This document shows, in pieces, positions 1 to 9,391 of a DNA stretch of 64,000 nt. The notes below the pieces were generated by a model. It was given only the letters and a program-made list of their open reading frames with translations, was not told where the DNA came from and searched no databases. Within the stretch, counting starts at the first letter, position 1. The number at the start of each line of letters is the position of its first letter. The position numbers and the translations under genes were made by a program. Source of the DNA: an uncultured virus (IMG/VR IMGVR_UViG_3300021959_000013) (taxonomy: Duplodnaviria > Heunggongvirae > Uroviricota > Caudoviricetes); the IMG/VR virus record IMGVR_UViG_3300021959_000013. One strand, written 5' to 3'.

Positions 1-489
1 TTAGTAATCCTACTATTAATAACTAGTGGTTGTTCTTTATTAGGAACAAAACAACTAGAGGTCGTATCTAAACCTGTACAAATAGATATCATGCAACCAG
101 ATTTGCCAAGGACTGTTGATTTAACAGCGCCAAAATGGTATGTTGTATCTGAAGCAAGAATAACAAATCCATGTAAAAAAATAGAAGATAAGAGACCAAA
201 AACATGTGACTTATCTGAAAGAGAAAATCCTGATTGGCCAGAAGGTTATACATATCTGGATAGATTCCTTGATGAAATGAAGGAACAAAATAATGGTGAA
301 GTAGTTTTTGTAGCTACATCAGTTGGTGACTATAAAGTTATGGCTGAAGATATGCAAGAACTTAAAAGATACATAAAACAATTAGGTGAAGTCGTTATAT
401 ATTATAGAAACGTTACGATGCCTAACGGTGAGAAAGGTGTCGGAGTTGGAGTACAAACTCCTGAAAATGTAGCCGAAATAAGAGGCTAA
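1..489 (+). CDS. Lipoprotein, possible outer-membrane spanin (5' truncated by the window)
   Basis: Frame 1 is open from base 1: LVILLLITSGC|SLLGTKQLEVVSKPV. This is a hydrophobic signal plus lipobox in frame with ORF 91..489, with a Pro-rich N-part. Confidence 0.5.
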   Translation, partial: LVILLLITSGCSLLGTKQLEVVSKPVQIDIMQPDLPRTVDLTAPKWYVVSEARITNPCKKIEDKRPKTCDLSERENPDWPEGYTYLDRFLDEMKEQNNGEVVFVATSVGDYKVMAEDMQELKRYIKQLGEVVIYYRNVTMPNGEKGVGVGVQTPENVAEIRG

Positions 490-505
490 AAACTTAAAAT
501 AAACG

Positions 506-534
506 TTTACAAATCGCACGATTTGTGGTATAAT
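506..534 (+). promoter_or_regulatory. Early sigma70-like promoter (TTTACA-N17-TATAAT, extended -10 TG)
   Basis: TTTACA 506-511, TATAAT 529-534; one of nine near-identical copies. Confidence 0.85.
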
Positions 535-544
535 ATATAATATA

Positions 545-2839
545 ATGAATACAACTACTATAAATGTCACTAAACGAGATGGGTCAATAAAACCATTCGA
601 TTTAGATAAAGTTCATAAAGTTTTAGAATGGGCAGTTGAAGATATATCAGGCGTATCAATGTCTGAAATAGAACTTAAAGCTAACATACAACTATATGAC
701 AAAATTGCAGCTTATGATATCCATGAGCTTTTAATCAAATCAGCCGCTGAATTAATTTCAGAGCATACACCAAACTATCAATTCGTAGCAGCTCGTCTTA
801 TATCTTATAAGATGAGAAAAGAAGCTTATGGAGAATACACACCTCCACCATTAACTCAAATCATAGAAGAAAACATAGAGTTAGGAGTATATGATAATGA
901 GATTGTTAATATATATTCTGAAGATGAAATTGTAGAGCTTGATGCTTATATTAAACATGAAAGAGATGATACATTCACATACGCAGGAATGGAACAATTT
1001 CGTGGTAAGTATCTTGTTCAAGATAGAAGAACAAAGAAAATATACGAAACTCCACAAATACTTTATATGATGATATCAATGACTCTCTTTGGTAAGTATA
1101 AAGAGAATAGATTAAAATATGTTAAGGACTACTATGATGCAATATCTCAATTCTATATATCACTACCTACTCCAATCATGGCAGGGGTTAGAACACCGAC
1201 TCGACAATTCAGTTCTTGCGTCCTTATTGAATCAGGAGATTCCCTTGACTCTATTAATGCTACTGCTACTTCTATTGTTAGATACATAAGTAAAAAGGCA
1301 GGTATAGGAATAGGCGCCGGCTCAATAAGAGCAAATGGTGCAAAAGTTGGAGATGGTTCAGTAGTACATACTGGATTGATTCCATTCTTAAAATATTTCC
1401 AATCAGCTGTAAAATCCTGCTCTCAGGGAGGTGTAAGAGGAGGAGCTGCAACTGTATATCTGCCCTTATGGCATCATGAATTTGAAGACCTAGTAGTACT
1501 TAAAAACAATAAAGGTACAGAAGAAAATCGTGTAAGACACATGGATTATGCGTTTCAATTTAATAAGCTTATGTATCAAAGGTTACTTGAAGGCGGTAAT
1601 ATAACTTTCTTTGACCCAAATGATGTACCTGGTTTATATGAATCATTCTTTGTTGACCAAGAAAAATTCCAAGAGTTATATGAAAAATACGAAAGAGCTC
1701 ATAGTGTAAGAAAGAAATCTTTACCAGCACTTGATGTATTTCAAATGTTTTTAACTGAAAGAAAAGATACTGGTAGAATATACCTTATGAATGTAGACCA
1801 TGCTAATGACCACGGTTCATTTATAGCAGAAAAAGCTCCAATCAGAATGAGTAATCTTTGTTGTGAAATTGACTTACCAACAACTCCTTTAAACGGTCCT
1901 GATGATAAAGATGGAGAAATATCTTTATGCACATTATCAGCTATCAATTGGGGACTTATAAACGAGCCACATGAATTTGAAAAATATTGTGACTTAAGTG
2001 TAAGAGCTCTTGATGAGTTATTAGATTATCAAGGTTATCCAATACCAGCTGCTGAAAGAGGTACAATGAATAGAAGACCTTTAGGCATAGGTATTATCAA
2101 CTTAGCTTATTTCTTAGCAAAAAGAGGACTTAAATACGACGAATCAGCATATAAGATTGTTGATGAATATGCTGAAGCATGGTCATATTATTTAATAAAA
2201 AGTTCAGCAAACCTTGCTGCTGAGAAAGAAAAATTGATATATAATACAGATACGAAATATTCTTTAGGAATACTTCCAATCGATACTTATAAGAGTGCAA
2301 TAGATAATCTTGTAGAGTACAGAGAACGTTTACCGTGGGAAGATTTGCGTAAGCAACTCAGAGAAACTGGCATCCGAAACTCGACTCTAATGGCTTTAAT
2401 GCCAGCCGAAACAAGCGCTCAAATAAGTAATAGTACAAATGGTATTGAACCTCCAAGAGCTTTAGTATCATATAAACAGAGTAAAGATGGAGTTATGGCG
2501 CAAGTTGTGCCTGGTTATCATCATCTTAAAAATAAGTATGACCTTTTGTGGGACCAAAAATCTCCCGAAGGATACTTAGCTATATGTGGTATATTACAAA
2601 AATATATAGACCAAGGAATCTCTGTTAATACATCTTATAATCCAGAACACTATGAAGATAATAAGATACCAATGTCAGTGATGATACAAGATACTGTCAC
2701 TGCATACAAATATGGTTTAAAACAACTATATTACTTTAATACTCATGACGGCGCAGGTGAAATGAAAGAAGATGAACATCATACGTATGATGGAACAGAA
2801 ATAATAGATGATGAGGACTGCGATTCATGCAAGATTTAA
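545..2839 (+). CDS. nrdA: Ribonucleotide reductase class Ia alpha subunit
   Basis: N-terminal ATP-cone (VTKRDG), TRQFSSCVLI, SCSQGGVRGG, SNLCCEI, C-terminal CDSCKI. Confidence 0.98.
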   Translation: MNTTTINVTKRDGSIKPFDLDKVHKVLEWAVEDISGVSMSEIELKANIQLYDKIAAYDIHELLIKSAAELISEHTPNYQFVAARLISYKMRKEAYGEYTPPPLTQIIEENIELGVYDNEIVNIYSEDEIVELDAYIKHERDDTFTYAGMEQFRGKYLVQDRRTKKIYETPQILYMMISMTLFGKYKENRLKYVKDYYDAISQFYISLPTPIMAGVRTPTRQFSSCVLIESGDSLDSINATATSIVRYISKKAGIGIGAGSIRANGAKVGDGSVVHTGLIPFLKYFQSAVKSCSQGGVRGGAATVYLPLWHHEFEDLVVLKNNKGTEENRVRHMDYAFQFNKLMYQRLLEGGNITFFDPNDVPGLYESFFVDQEKFQELYEKYERAHSVRKKSLPALDVFQMFLTERKDTGRIYLMNVDHANDHGSFIAEKAPIRMSNLCCEIDLPTTPLNGPDDKDGEISLCTLSAINWGLINEPHEFEKYCDLSVRALDELLDYQGYPIPAAERGTMNRRPLGIGIINLAYFLAKRGLKYDESAYKIVDEYAEAWSYYLIKSSANLAAEKEKLIYNTDTKYSLGILPIDTYKSAIDNLVEYRERLPWEDLRKQLRETGIRNSTLMALMPAETSAQISNSTNGIEPPRALVSYKQSKDGVMAQVVPGYHHLKNKYDLLWDQKSPEGYLAICGILQKYIDQGISVNTSYNPEHYEDNKIPMSVMIQDTVTAYKYGLKQLYYFNTHDGAGEMKEDEHHTYDGTEIIDDEDCDSCKI

Positions 2840-3060
2840 AAAATAAAATCAATACAAGAATGGATATTCTTCAAGCTTGGATGGAAGAAGATTACCATTT
2901 AAAAAGACCACACGTAGTTTATGACCATACACTTACAATAAGTAAATTTTGGTCAGTACTTTCAGAAGAAGACAAGGAATATATACAATGCGCACAAGAT
3001 GCAATAGAAACAAAATCAACAATATCATGGAATCCTAATGGCAATACTACACAAAAATAA
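2827..3060 (+). CDS. Hypothetical protein between nrdA and nrdB
   Basis: 77-aa ORF overlapping both neighbours. Confidence 0.7.
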   Translation: MQDLKNKINTRMDILQAWMEEDYHLKRPHVVYDHTLTISKFWSVLSEEDKEYIQCAQDAIETKSTISWNPNGNTTQK

Positions 3061-4111
3061 AAAATCACACTTAGAAAAAAATATGTTTTTAGACGAGCCA
3101 GTTGATGTCGCTCGTTATGACCAACTTAAATATCCACAAATAGATAAAATTACGGAAAAACAACTAGGATTCTTTTGGAGACCAGAAGAAGTAGATGTAT
3201 CAAAAGACAAAAAAGACTTTGGAGAATTAACTGACCATGAACAACATATATTCACATCTAATCTCAAAAGGCAAATACTTTTGGACTCTGTACAAGGTAG
3301 GGCCCCGAACCTTGCTTTCTTACCTATATGTTCGTTACCCGAAGTTGAAAACTGGGTCGAAACCTGGTCGTTTTTTGAAACTATACATTCTCGTTCTTAT
3401 ACTCATATTATTAGGAACGTTTATGCAAACCCATCGATAGTATTTGATTCAATGCTTGATGTAAAAGAAATTATGGATTGTGGCTCTGATATCGCAAGAT
3501 ACTATGATGATTTAATAACAGATAATAATTCAGCCACTAATAAAATGCAACATAAGACATCATTATATATGGCAATGCTTTCAGCGAATGCTCTAGAAGG
3601 AATACGTTTTTATGTTTCCTTCGCCTGCAGTTGGGCATTTGCTGAACTTAAAAAGATGGAAGGTAATGCTAAGATTATTAAGTTTATAGCAAGAGATGAA
3701 AATACTCATCTTGCAGCAACTACTGTTATGATTAAGAATCTATTAAAAGAAGATAAAGATTTCGAAAAGATAGCTAAAAAGAATGAAGAACAAGCTATTA
3801 AATTATTTGTAGATGTTATTGAACAAGAAAAAGCATGGGCAAGATACTTATTTAAAGATGGTTCAATGATTGGTTTAAATGAAACAATATTAGAAAATTA
3901 CGTAGAATGGATAGGTTGTAAAAGAATGAGAGCAATAGGTTTACATTGCCCATACACAGTTCCTCAGATGAATCCACTACCTTGGACGGAAAAGTGGATA
4001 TCTGGAGGAAACGTACAAGTCGCTCCACAAGAAACAGAAATAACTTCATATATAACTGGTGGAGTTAAACAAGACGTTGATGATTCAACATTAAAAGGAT
4101 TAAGCTTATGA
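3038..4111 (+). CDS. nrdB: Ribonucleotide reductase class Ia beta subunit
   Basis: FFWRPEEVD, LDSVQGR, ETIHSRSYTH, EGIRFYVSF, RDENTH, APQETEITSY. Confidence 0.98.
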   Translation: MAILHKNKKSHLEKNMFLDEPVDVARYDQLKYPQIDKITEKQLGFFWRPEEVDVSKDKKDFGELTDHEQHIFTSNLKRQILLDSVQGRAPNLAFLPICSLPEVENWVETWSFFETIHSRSYTHIIRNVYANPSIVFDSMLDVKEIMDCGSDIARYYDDLITDNNSATNKMQHKTSLYMAMLSANALEGIRFYVSFACSWAFAELKKMEGNAKIIKFIARDENTHLAATTVMIKNLLKEDKDFEKIAKKNEEQAIKLFVDVIEQEKAWARYLFKDGSMIGLNETILENYVEWIGCKRMRAIGLHCPYTVPQMNPLPWTEKWISGGNVQVAPQETEITSYITGGVKQDVDDSTLKGLSL

Positions 4112-4545
4112 GAGAATTAGGAATGACATTATTAGGATGTTTGGCAATAGGATTATTTTTTGCAATGAAAGTATATCCAAATCTAGAATACTCTGGATAT
4201 GGTGGAGGACATTCATGCACAGGAGAATGCTACGAAGAATATGTAAGAATAAATGGAACGAGTGTAGATATATTAAAAGCAAAACAAGCTCTTGCTGCAA
4301 TGGATGAATTTAGTGCAATTAAACCTTTATGGTCAGGTTGCGCAGCATGCCACGGTCAACAAGGCGAAGGTATGGCAGTGTTTCCAAAACTTGCCGGTCA
4401 GTCAGCTGATTATATTACTGATAGATTAAATACGTATAAAAACAGAGGAGAAGTTGGACCTATGAGTTCGACAATGTGGGCTCAGGCTGGAATGTTATCA
4501 AGTGCAGATATGGAAATGCTAGGTAAATATATAGAAACGCTATGA
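4108..4545 (+). CDS. Membrane-anchored or exported mono-heme c-type cytochrome (c553/c4-like)
   Basis: N-terminal hydrophobic segment, CAACH heme motif, FPKLAGQ, distal Met (GPMSSTM). Confidence 0.85.
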   Translation: MRELGMTLLGCLAIGLFFAMKVYPNLEYSGYGGGHSCTGECYEEYVRINGTSVDILKAKQALAAMDEFSAIKPLWSGCAACHGQQGEGMAVFPKLAGQSADYITDRLNTYKNRGEVGPMSSTMWAQAGMLSSADMEMLGKYIETL

Positions 4546-4727
4546 GCAAAACAACTGAAGAAAAAGTACTACAAGCAGTTAACCTTGCACCAAGTGAAGA
4601 CATTGTAGAAAGATTAACAGAAATACACCCAATGAGGCAGATATTTTGGGCATCAATAATTCAAGTCTCTGTATTTGGATTTATGCTCTTTGCATTTTGG
4701 GCAATAAATTTAGGATTAAAAACATGA
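4542..4727 (+). CDS. Small membrane protein
   Basis: 61 aa with a C-terminal hydrophobic helix; ATGA overlaps on both sides. Confidence 0.65.
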   Translation: MSKTTEEKVLQAVNLAPSEDIVERLTEIHPMRQIFWASIIQVSVFGFMLFAFWAINLGLKT

Positions 4728-4969
4728 TAGAAATATATGGAAAAACGCAATGTCCTTATTGCGATATGGCAAAACAACTATGTCAACAGGAAAAATTAGA
4801 TTATAGTTATAATCAATTGGATGTAGATTTCACAAGAGAACAACTCTTTGAACTCTTTCCAGGAGCAAGAACTTTTCCACAAATCAAAATTGATGGACAA
4901 TCGATTGGTGGTTATGTAGAATTAAAAGAGCATGTTGCTGGCAGAAGAACTCTGCTTACTGAAGGATGA
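4724..4969 (+). CDS. nrdC: Glutaredoxin
   Basis: Start at internal ATG 4724; CPYC, RTFPQI, IGGY. Confidence 0.9.
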   Translation: MIEIYGKTQCPYCDMAKQLCQQEKLDYSYNQLDVDFTREQLFELFPGARTFPQIKIDGQSIGGYVELKEHVAGRRTLLTEG

Positions 4970-5094
4970 TTTTAGAATGTGAATATTGCTATTCACGAAT
5001 AGTGATTAAACCAGATGAGCCTATTAAAATAAATTTTTGTCCACATTGTGGCGAACCTACAGATGATTCAGAAGAATTAGACTTTAATGAATAA
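4966..5094 (+). CDS. Small zinc-ribbon protein (42 aa)
   Basis: Read manually: MILECEYCYSRIVIKPDEPIKINFCPHCGEPTDDSEELDFNE; two CxxC pairs. Confidence 0.7.
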   Translation: MILECEYCYSRIVIKPDEPIKINFCPHCGEPTDDSEELDFNE

Positions 5095-5524
5095 TTGGAT
5101 ATATCAAGGACTAAAATTTACTCCTGATGAACCTTTTACATTTGAAAGATATGGAAAGGATTGGTATGGATTTGTATATTGTATAACTAATCGAGCTACA
5201 AACAAAAAATATATAGGCAAAAAATTCTTTTGGAAGCCTAAAACATTACCTATAACTAAGAAAAGAAAAAGACGTCAAAGACTTAAAGTCGAATCTGATT
5301 GGCGTACATACTATGGTTCTAATAAACACTTACAAGAAGATGTACTTAAAATGGGAGAAGATTTTTTTTATAGAGAAATAATCTACCTGTGTAAAACTAA
5401 AGGTGAGTGCGCGTATTATGAAGCAAAAGAACAATTTGACAAAGAAGTTTTATTAAGTGAAGATTACTATAATGGTATAATCAATTGCAGAATTGGTGGG
5501 AATGCAGTAAAAAACTTAAAATAA
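5087..5524 (+). CDS. GIY-YIG family endonuclease
   Basis: GFVYCITN...KKYIGKK, YYGS, late conserved E and YN. Confidence 0.8.
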   Translation: MNNWIYQGLKFTPDEPFTFERYGKDWYGFVYCITNRATNKKYIGKKFFWKPKTLPITKKRKRRQRLKVESDWRTYYGSNKHLQEDVLKMGEDFFYREIIYLCKTKGECAYYEAKEQFDKEVLLSEDYYNGIINCRIGGNAVKNLK

Positions 5525-5527
5525 TCC

Positions 5528-5556
5528 TTTACATTTGCTCAAAAGTATGGTATAAT
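5528..5556 (+). promoter_or_regulatory. Early sigma70-like promoter
   Basis: TTTACA 5528-5533, 17-nt spacer, TATAAT 5551-5556. Confidence 0.85.
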
Positions 5557-5564
5557 ATAGGTAT

Positions 5565-6026
5565 ATGACTAAAAAGTATAAAGATAATGTTATTCAATTT
5601 CCAACGAAAGAAGAATTAACGCAAAAAGAAGAATCAGAAATCCTAGACGAATTAAGTAATGAATGTGTAGAATCATCTCATATACTTATGGAAGTGATGG
5701 AAGAGTTTATCAATACTGGTCAAGTAAGTGAAGGGTTAATGGATTTAAATTTCAGAGATGAAACAGTCCAAGAATCTAGAGATATGTTTGTTATAGTAAA
5801 TTTATTAAATGCAATGTTTAATCGTTATTATGGTATACCTCATGGTCTACATCAAACACTTGATAATGCTTATATAAAAGTAAAAGAAATGATTCTTATT
5901 AATGAAGAAGCAAATCATGATTTAGCTGATTTTGTATTCACGCCAGAAGGTAGTGACCAAGAAATTCTCTTTACTCCTGATTTTGATTTAGACCCGCCGG
6001 AAGAGGACCCAGATGATACTAATTGA
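5565..6026 (+). CDS. Hypothetical acidic protein
   Basis: 153-aa ORF directly behind the promoter; NVIQFP N-terminal motif. Confidence 0.75.
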   Translation: MTKKYKDNVIQFPTKEELTQKEESEILDELSNECVESSHILMEVMEEFINTGQVSEGLMDLNFRDETVQESRDMFVIVNLLNAMFNRYYGIPHGLHQTLDNAYIKVKEMILINEEANHDLADFVFTPEGSDQEILFTPDFDLDPPEEDPDDTN

Positions 6027-6867
6027 TTATTCACAAATCGCGCTATCTAATATAATAGTGCAAAAACTTAATGATGAAAGCATGATAAGGCATATGATAC
6101 TTAACAGTATTAGAATGTATAACAAAAGATATAGAGAAGAATATGGACAACTTGTTATATGTGCTGATGGCATGAATACATGGAGAAAAGAATTCTTTCC
6201 AGAATATAAAGCATCTCGTAAAAAGAACAGAGATAGTTCAGGTCAAGATTGGTCAGAAATCTTTAGGATTCTACATACTGTAAGAGACGAAATAAACGAA
6301 TATATGCCATACAAAGTTGTACATTTAGAAGGTGTAGAAGCTGATGATGTTATTGGTACACTTACAATGCAAACACAAGAGTTTGGTCAAGCAGAACCTG
6401 TTATGATTATATCATCTGATAAAGACTTTATACAGCTACAAAAATATAATAACGTAAAACAATTCAGTCCTATACAAAAGAAATTTGTTAAAGATAAAAA
6501 TCCAAGAACTTATTTATTTAATCATGTTATGAGAGGAGATAGTGGTGATGGTATACCAAACGTTCTCTCAGCTGACGATACATTTATATCAGAAAAAAGC
6601 CAAACTCCTTTAAGACAAACAAAGATAGATAATTGGTTAGAAAATGCTGATAATCTAAGAGAACACATGGATGATGAGATATATCGTAACTATCAACGTA
6701 ATAAAAAACTTATTGATTTAACTGATATACCAGAAAACATACAAGAAAGTATTATAAATACTTTTAACGGGCAAACAAAAACGCCTAACATGAGAGTGTT
6801 AAACTATTTAATTAAAAAAAGATGCAATCATTTGATTGAAGTCGTCGAGGAATTTTACAATGGCTAG
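6013..6867 (+). CDS. rnh: T4-type RNase H / 5'-3' flap exonuclease
   Basis: ILIDYSQ, FPEYKASR, EADDVIG, SSDKDFIQL, GDSGDGIPN. Confidence 0.95.
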   Translation: MILIDYSQIALSNIIVQKLNDESMIRHMILNSIRMYNKRYREEYGQLVICADGMNTWRKEFFPEYKASRKKNRDSSGQDWSEIFRILHTVRDEINEYMPYKVVHLEGVEADDVIGTLTMQTQEFGQAEPVMIISSDKDFIQLQKYNNVKQFSPIQKKFVKDKNPRTYLFNHVMRGDSGDGIPNVLSADDTFISEKSQTPLRQTKIDNWLENADNLREHMDDEIYRNYQRNKKLIDLTDIPENIQESIINTFNGQTKTPNMRVLNYLIKKRCNHLIEVVEEFYNG

Positions 6868-7288
6868 AAAATTAGTATCCGAAGTCCTAGCAGAAGCAGG
6901 CAAAATCGTAATTCGTGAAGAGCGTATAAAGTTCTTACGATTAAATAAATCACCAGGTCTTACAGACATATTGAGAATTCAGTATGATGATAGTATAGTA
7001 TCAGTGTTACCATTAGGAGCTCCGTCTTATAAACAAGATGACGCACCTAAAGGTTATGAGTATACAATATTAAATAAAGCATATACACAATTTAAGTATT
7101 TCTTTAAAGGACCAGTATCTAGTGGAATGAAACCTCTTAAGAGAGAAGGTTTGTTTTTAAATCTATTAGAGTCACTTAATCCAGAAGAAGCTGAATTACT
7201 TATTGCAGCTAAGGATAAAAAAATGAAATCGAAAGGTATAACTAAAAGATTAGTAAATGATACCTTCCCTGGATTATTAGTAAAATAA
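6860..7288 (+). CDS. Conserved T4-like hypothetical protein
   Basis: Start at ATG 6860 after GAGG; KREGLFLNLLESL..EAELL..KDK motif, typical of the gene after rnh. Confidence 0.75.
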   Translation: MARKLVSEVLAEAGKIVIREERIKFLRLNKSPGLTDILRIQYDDSIVSVLPLGAPSYKQDDAPKGYEYTILNKAYTQFKYFFKGPVSSGMKPLKREGLFLNLLESLNPEEAELLIAAKDKKMKSKGITKRLVNDTFPGLLVK

Positions 7289-7291
7289 TCC

Positions 7292-7320
7292 TTTACATTT
7301 ATGCCAAACTATGGTATAAT
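7292..7320 (+). promoter_or_regulatory. Early sigma70-like promoter
   Basis: TTTACA 7292-7297, TATAAT 7315-7320. Confidence 0.85.
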
Positions 7321-7327
7321 ATATATT

Positions 7328-7651
7328 ATGATACAAATACTACGCGAAATAACAGACTGGGGTGACCAGCAAATATCAAACGGCGACTATTATGTCAACA
7401 GCCACGGCTATCTTATAGGTTATATGCCTCAAGGTAAAGCTTACAAAGAGTTTAAAACTCCTATAAAACAGTTTTCAAAGTCAAGACGTAAGTTTAAGCT
7501 TATAGGAGAATGGCCTGAGGAATTACCAGATGGAGCAATTACAGTCAAAGGTAGTAACGGTAATACGTATACTATTGTTGACAACAAATGTTCATGTCCT
7601 GGCTTTAAATTCAGAGGTTCTTGTAAACATCTAGCACAGGTAGCAGCATGA
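7328..7651 (+). CDS. SWIM-type zinc-finger protein
   Basis: C-terminal CSCPGFKFRGSCKH; start moved to ATG 7328, downstream of the promoter. Confidence 0.75.
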   Translation: MIQILREITDWGDQQISNGDYYVNSHGYLIGYMPQGKAYKEFKTPIKQFSKSRRKFKLIGEWPEELPDGAITVKGSNGNTYTIVDNKCSCPGFKFRGSCKHLAQVAA

Positions 7652-8196
7652 ATATATTCATACTAGATAATGACCCAGTAATTGCAGCACAAGAGCAATG
7701 TGACAAACATGTTGTTAAAATGATTGTTGAATCTGCTCAAATGCTATCAACTGTTCATCGTATGCTTGATGGTACTATGGAACGTAGACCATCTAAATCA
7801 GGTGCAATGCTTCAGTATTGGAAACTTCATGATGACCGTGAAGATATAGTATACAAAGCATGCCATTTCAATCATCCATCAACTATATGGACAAGAGAAT
7901 CTAAAGCTAATTATGATTGGCATTACAAACACTTTATAGGATTATGCGATGAATATACATATAGGTATGGTAAAGTTCATTCAACAGATACAAAACTAAG
8001 AAAACATCTAGTGCATTCACCAAATAATATTCCAATGAAAGGAATGACTCCATTCAAACTTGCAATGGGTTCTAATCCTGAATGTATGTTTGAAGATGCA
8101 GTTAAATCTTATCGTGCATTCTATCATACTAAACAAGCAAAGTTTAATATGGCATGGACAAAACGTCCACAGCCAAAATGGTTCAATGCTGTATAA
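7648..8196 (+). CDS. Pyrimidine-dimer DNA glycosylase (DenV)-like family protein
   Basis: MNIFILD..P..AA..CDKHVVKMIVESAQML, HFNHPSTIW, EYTYRYGKVH. Confidence 0.7.
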   Translation: MNIFILDNDPVIAAQEQCDKHVVKMIVESAQMLSTVHRMLDGTMERRPSKSGAMLQYWKLHDDREDIVYKACHFNHPSTIWTRESKANYDWHYKHFIGLCDEYTYRYGKVHSTDTKLRKHLVHSPNNIPMKGMTPFKLAMGSNPECMFEDAVKSYRAFYHTKQAKFNMAWTKRPQPKWFNAV

Positions 8197-9058
8197 ATTT
8201 CACGATTATAAATTTGAAAAAATCGCTAATAAGTATTACGATATAATTCGTGGTGCTATGAATAATTTAGGTCATATCGAAGTTGTTGATGATAGTGCAG
8301 CAGATTATAATTTTTATAATCATACCACAACTAATACTAAAAATACATTTATTGTTAAACCTACAGCGCCCACGAGTCGTCACTTTGCAATAGATACCAT
8401 AGGATATGCGAATTCAAGTGCACTCTCGTACACAAGGCCAGATATAAATGACGACATAGAACAGATGGATTGGGAAAGTATATTGCAATTAAAAAATACT
8501 AAGCCAAACAAATGGGACGATTCAGTATTACTTAAATGGAGAGATGCTAAAGATATAAAAGACGACCATATATTAATTATAGGTCAAATGCCAGATGATG
8601 AAACAGTAAATGGATTTGGCTTTGGTGACCATATTAAAAGAATGGATATGATTATAAATAAATTAAAGAATGAAAACCTACTTATTAAATTACATCCAAG
8701 ATATAAAAATAAAACACTTGTAAAAAAATGGAAAGATGCTGGTCATCATGTTATAACAGGATTTGATTGTATACATAGTATATTACCAAAAACAAGAGTA
8801 GCAATTGTAGATAACTCAACAGCCGGTATAGAATGTCTTATGCATGAAGTACCAATTATATCTCATGGCTGGCCTGAATATCATTGGGCTACTCAAAAAT
8901 TACAAACATTGCCACAACTAGAAAACTTGGTAAATGATTTGTCATGGTATAGACCAGTATATGCAAAACAATTTATTGAATGGTATATAAATCATTACTT
9001 ATGTCATGATGAAGCTACAACACAAAGAAGATTAAAGGAGATATTAAATGCCAACTGA
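8186..9058 (+). CDS. Capsule polysaccharide biosynthesis (KpsC/KpsS-like) glycosyltransferase
   Basis: GQMPDD, LIKLHPR and NSTAGIECLMHEVPII motifs; start at ATG 8186. Confidence 0.6.
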   Translation: MLYKFHDYKFEKIANKYYDIIRGAMNNLGHIEVVDDSAADYNFYNHTTTNTKNTFIVKPTAPTSRHFAIDTIGYANSSALSYTRPDINDDIEQMDWESILQLKNTKPNKWDDSVLLKWRDAKDIKDDHILIIGQMPDDETVNGFGFGDHIKRMDMIINKLKNENLLIKLHPRYKNKTLVKKWKDAGHHVITGFDCIHSILPKTRVAIVDNSTAGIECLMHEVPIISHGWPEYHWATQKLQTLPQLENLVNDLSWYRPVYAKQFIEWYINHYLCHDEATTQRRLKEILNAN

Positions 9059-9143
9059 AAAACAATTTAAAAGAGCAGAAAGATTACTATTAGGACTATA
9101 TGTTTTTATTCCATTAGTCTTTATACTTGAAAGGATACTATAA
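9048..9143 (+). CDS. Small membrane peptide (31 aa)
   Basis: MPTEKQFKRAERLLLGLYVFIPLVFILERIL after AAGGAG; fills the gap exactly. Confidence 0.5.
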   Translation: MPTEKQFKRAERLLLGLYVFIPLVFILERIL

Positions 9144-9391
9144 TGCCAACATACGATTTTGAAAATAAAGAAACTGGTGAAGTTGAAGAACGCATCTTAA
9201 AGATATCAGAGTATGATGATTTCTTAAAAGACAATCCTCAACTAAAACGAGTATATTTAACAGCACCTCATATAGACCATGACGGTGGTCAATCAGTACT
9301 TTCAAGAGCAGGTAGTGGATGGAAAGAAGTACAAGATAGAATTAAATCCGGTATGCCACCAAAAGATAGGAGTAATATCAAAACAAAATGA
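9143..9391 (+). CDS. FmdB-like small protein
   Basis: MPTYDF...TGE start and GWKEV..RIK end, common in T4-like phages; Cys ligands absent. Confidence 0.6.
   Translation: MPTYDFENKETGEVEERILKISEYDDFLKDNPQLKRVYLTAPHIDHDGGQSVLSRAGSGWKEVQDRIKSGMPPKDRSNIKTK

Noticed and set aside
545..4111. Intron or intein in nrdA/nrdB
   Set aside because: Both ORFs are continuous and of normal class Ia length; the intervening 77-aa ORF has no homing-nuclease motif.
5087..5524. Mobile homing endonuclease
   Set aside because: A stand-alone GIY-YIG domain with no recognisable DNA-binding tail; it looks like a resident T4-like nuclease.
6753..8660. Intragenic TATAAATA matches (for example 6753 and 8653)
   Set aside because: Expected by chance in AT-rich coding DNA and not clearly positioned before a late gene.
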